A stretch of DNA of 64,000 nt from Camelus dromedarius (lineage: Eukaryota). The notes beneath the pieces were generated by a model that worked only from the letters and a program-made list of their open reading frames with translations, made no database searches and was not told the DNA's origin. The translations under genes were made by a program, and so were the position numbers. The stretch is from positions 97,776,001 to 97,840,000 of the forward strand of contig NC_087472.1 in assembly GCF_036321535.1 (NCBI RefSeq). The letters run 5' to 3'. How positions within the stretch are numbered: position 1 is the stretch's first letter; the number at the start of each line of letters is the position of its first letter. Below, one piece after another: positions 63,865 to 64,000 of the stretch.

Positions 63865-63940
63865 AACTTAGGGTCTTTCATCTTATTTGTGACTAATCTA
63901 GTGCCTGACATTTACAGGTATATTGAATACATTTATTACC
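63865..63940 (+). mobile_element. L2 3' end fragment
   Basis: agggtctttcatcttatttgtg...tctagtgcctgacatttacagg. Confidence 0.55.
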
Positions 63941-64000
63941 TTCCAGAGAGAAATACTTACTAGCATTCATCTGCTGTTTGTTTTTGTTTCCTTATCTGTG

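Overview
Mammalian genomic DNA, AT-rich and dense in repeats. It is most likely camelid, based on a tRNA-Ala-derived Vic-1-like SINE at 47955-48082. I recognise no host protein-coding gene, rRNA, intact tRNA or CRISPR array. The longer ORFs in the track are LINE-1 (L1) ORF2 fragments, their antisense shadows or chance ORFs. Roughly 40% of the window is L1, mostly on the minus strand, which suggests a long intron of a plus-strand gene. The rest is MIR, L2, CR1/L3, MaLR/ERVL/ERV1 LTR remnants, hAT and Tigger MITEs and unique sequence. Repeat family names are from memory of consensus sequences, not from a database search, and most boundaries are approximate. The most unusual structures are: (1) a 3.0 kb chimeric insertion bounded by target-site duplications (TSDs), running from an L1 promoter/ORF1 through unrelated fragments to the polyA signal of a different L1 family (53105-56162); (2) a TSD-bounded L1 with both ends but no ORF1 (20452-25821); (3) a twin-primed, 5'-inverted L1 (10387-12461); (4) a Tigger2-type MITE with MIR-like filler; (5) a candidate 21-nt microexon. 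None of these is demonstrated to be a new biological system.
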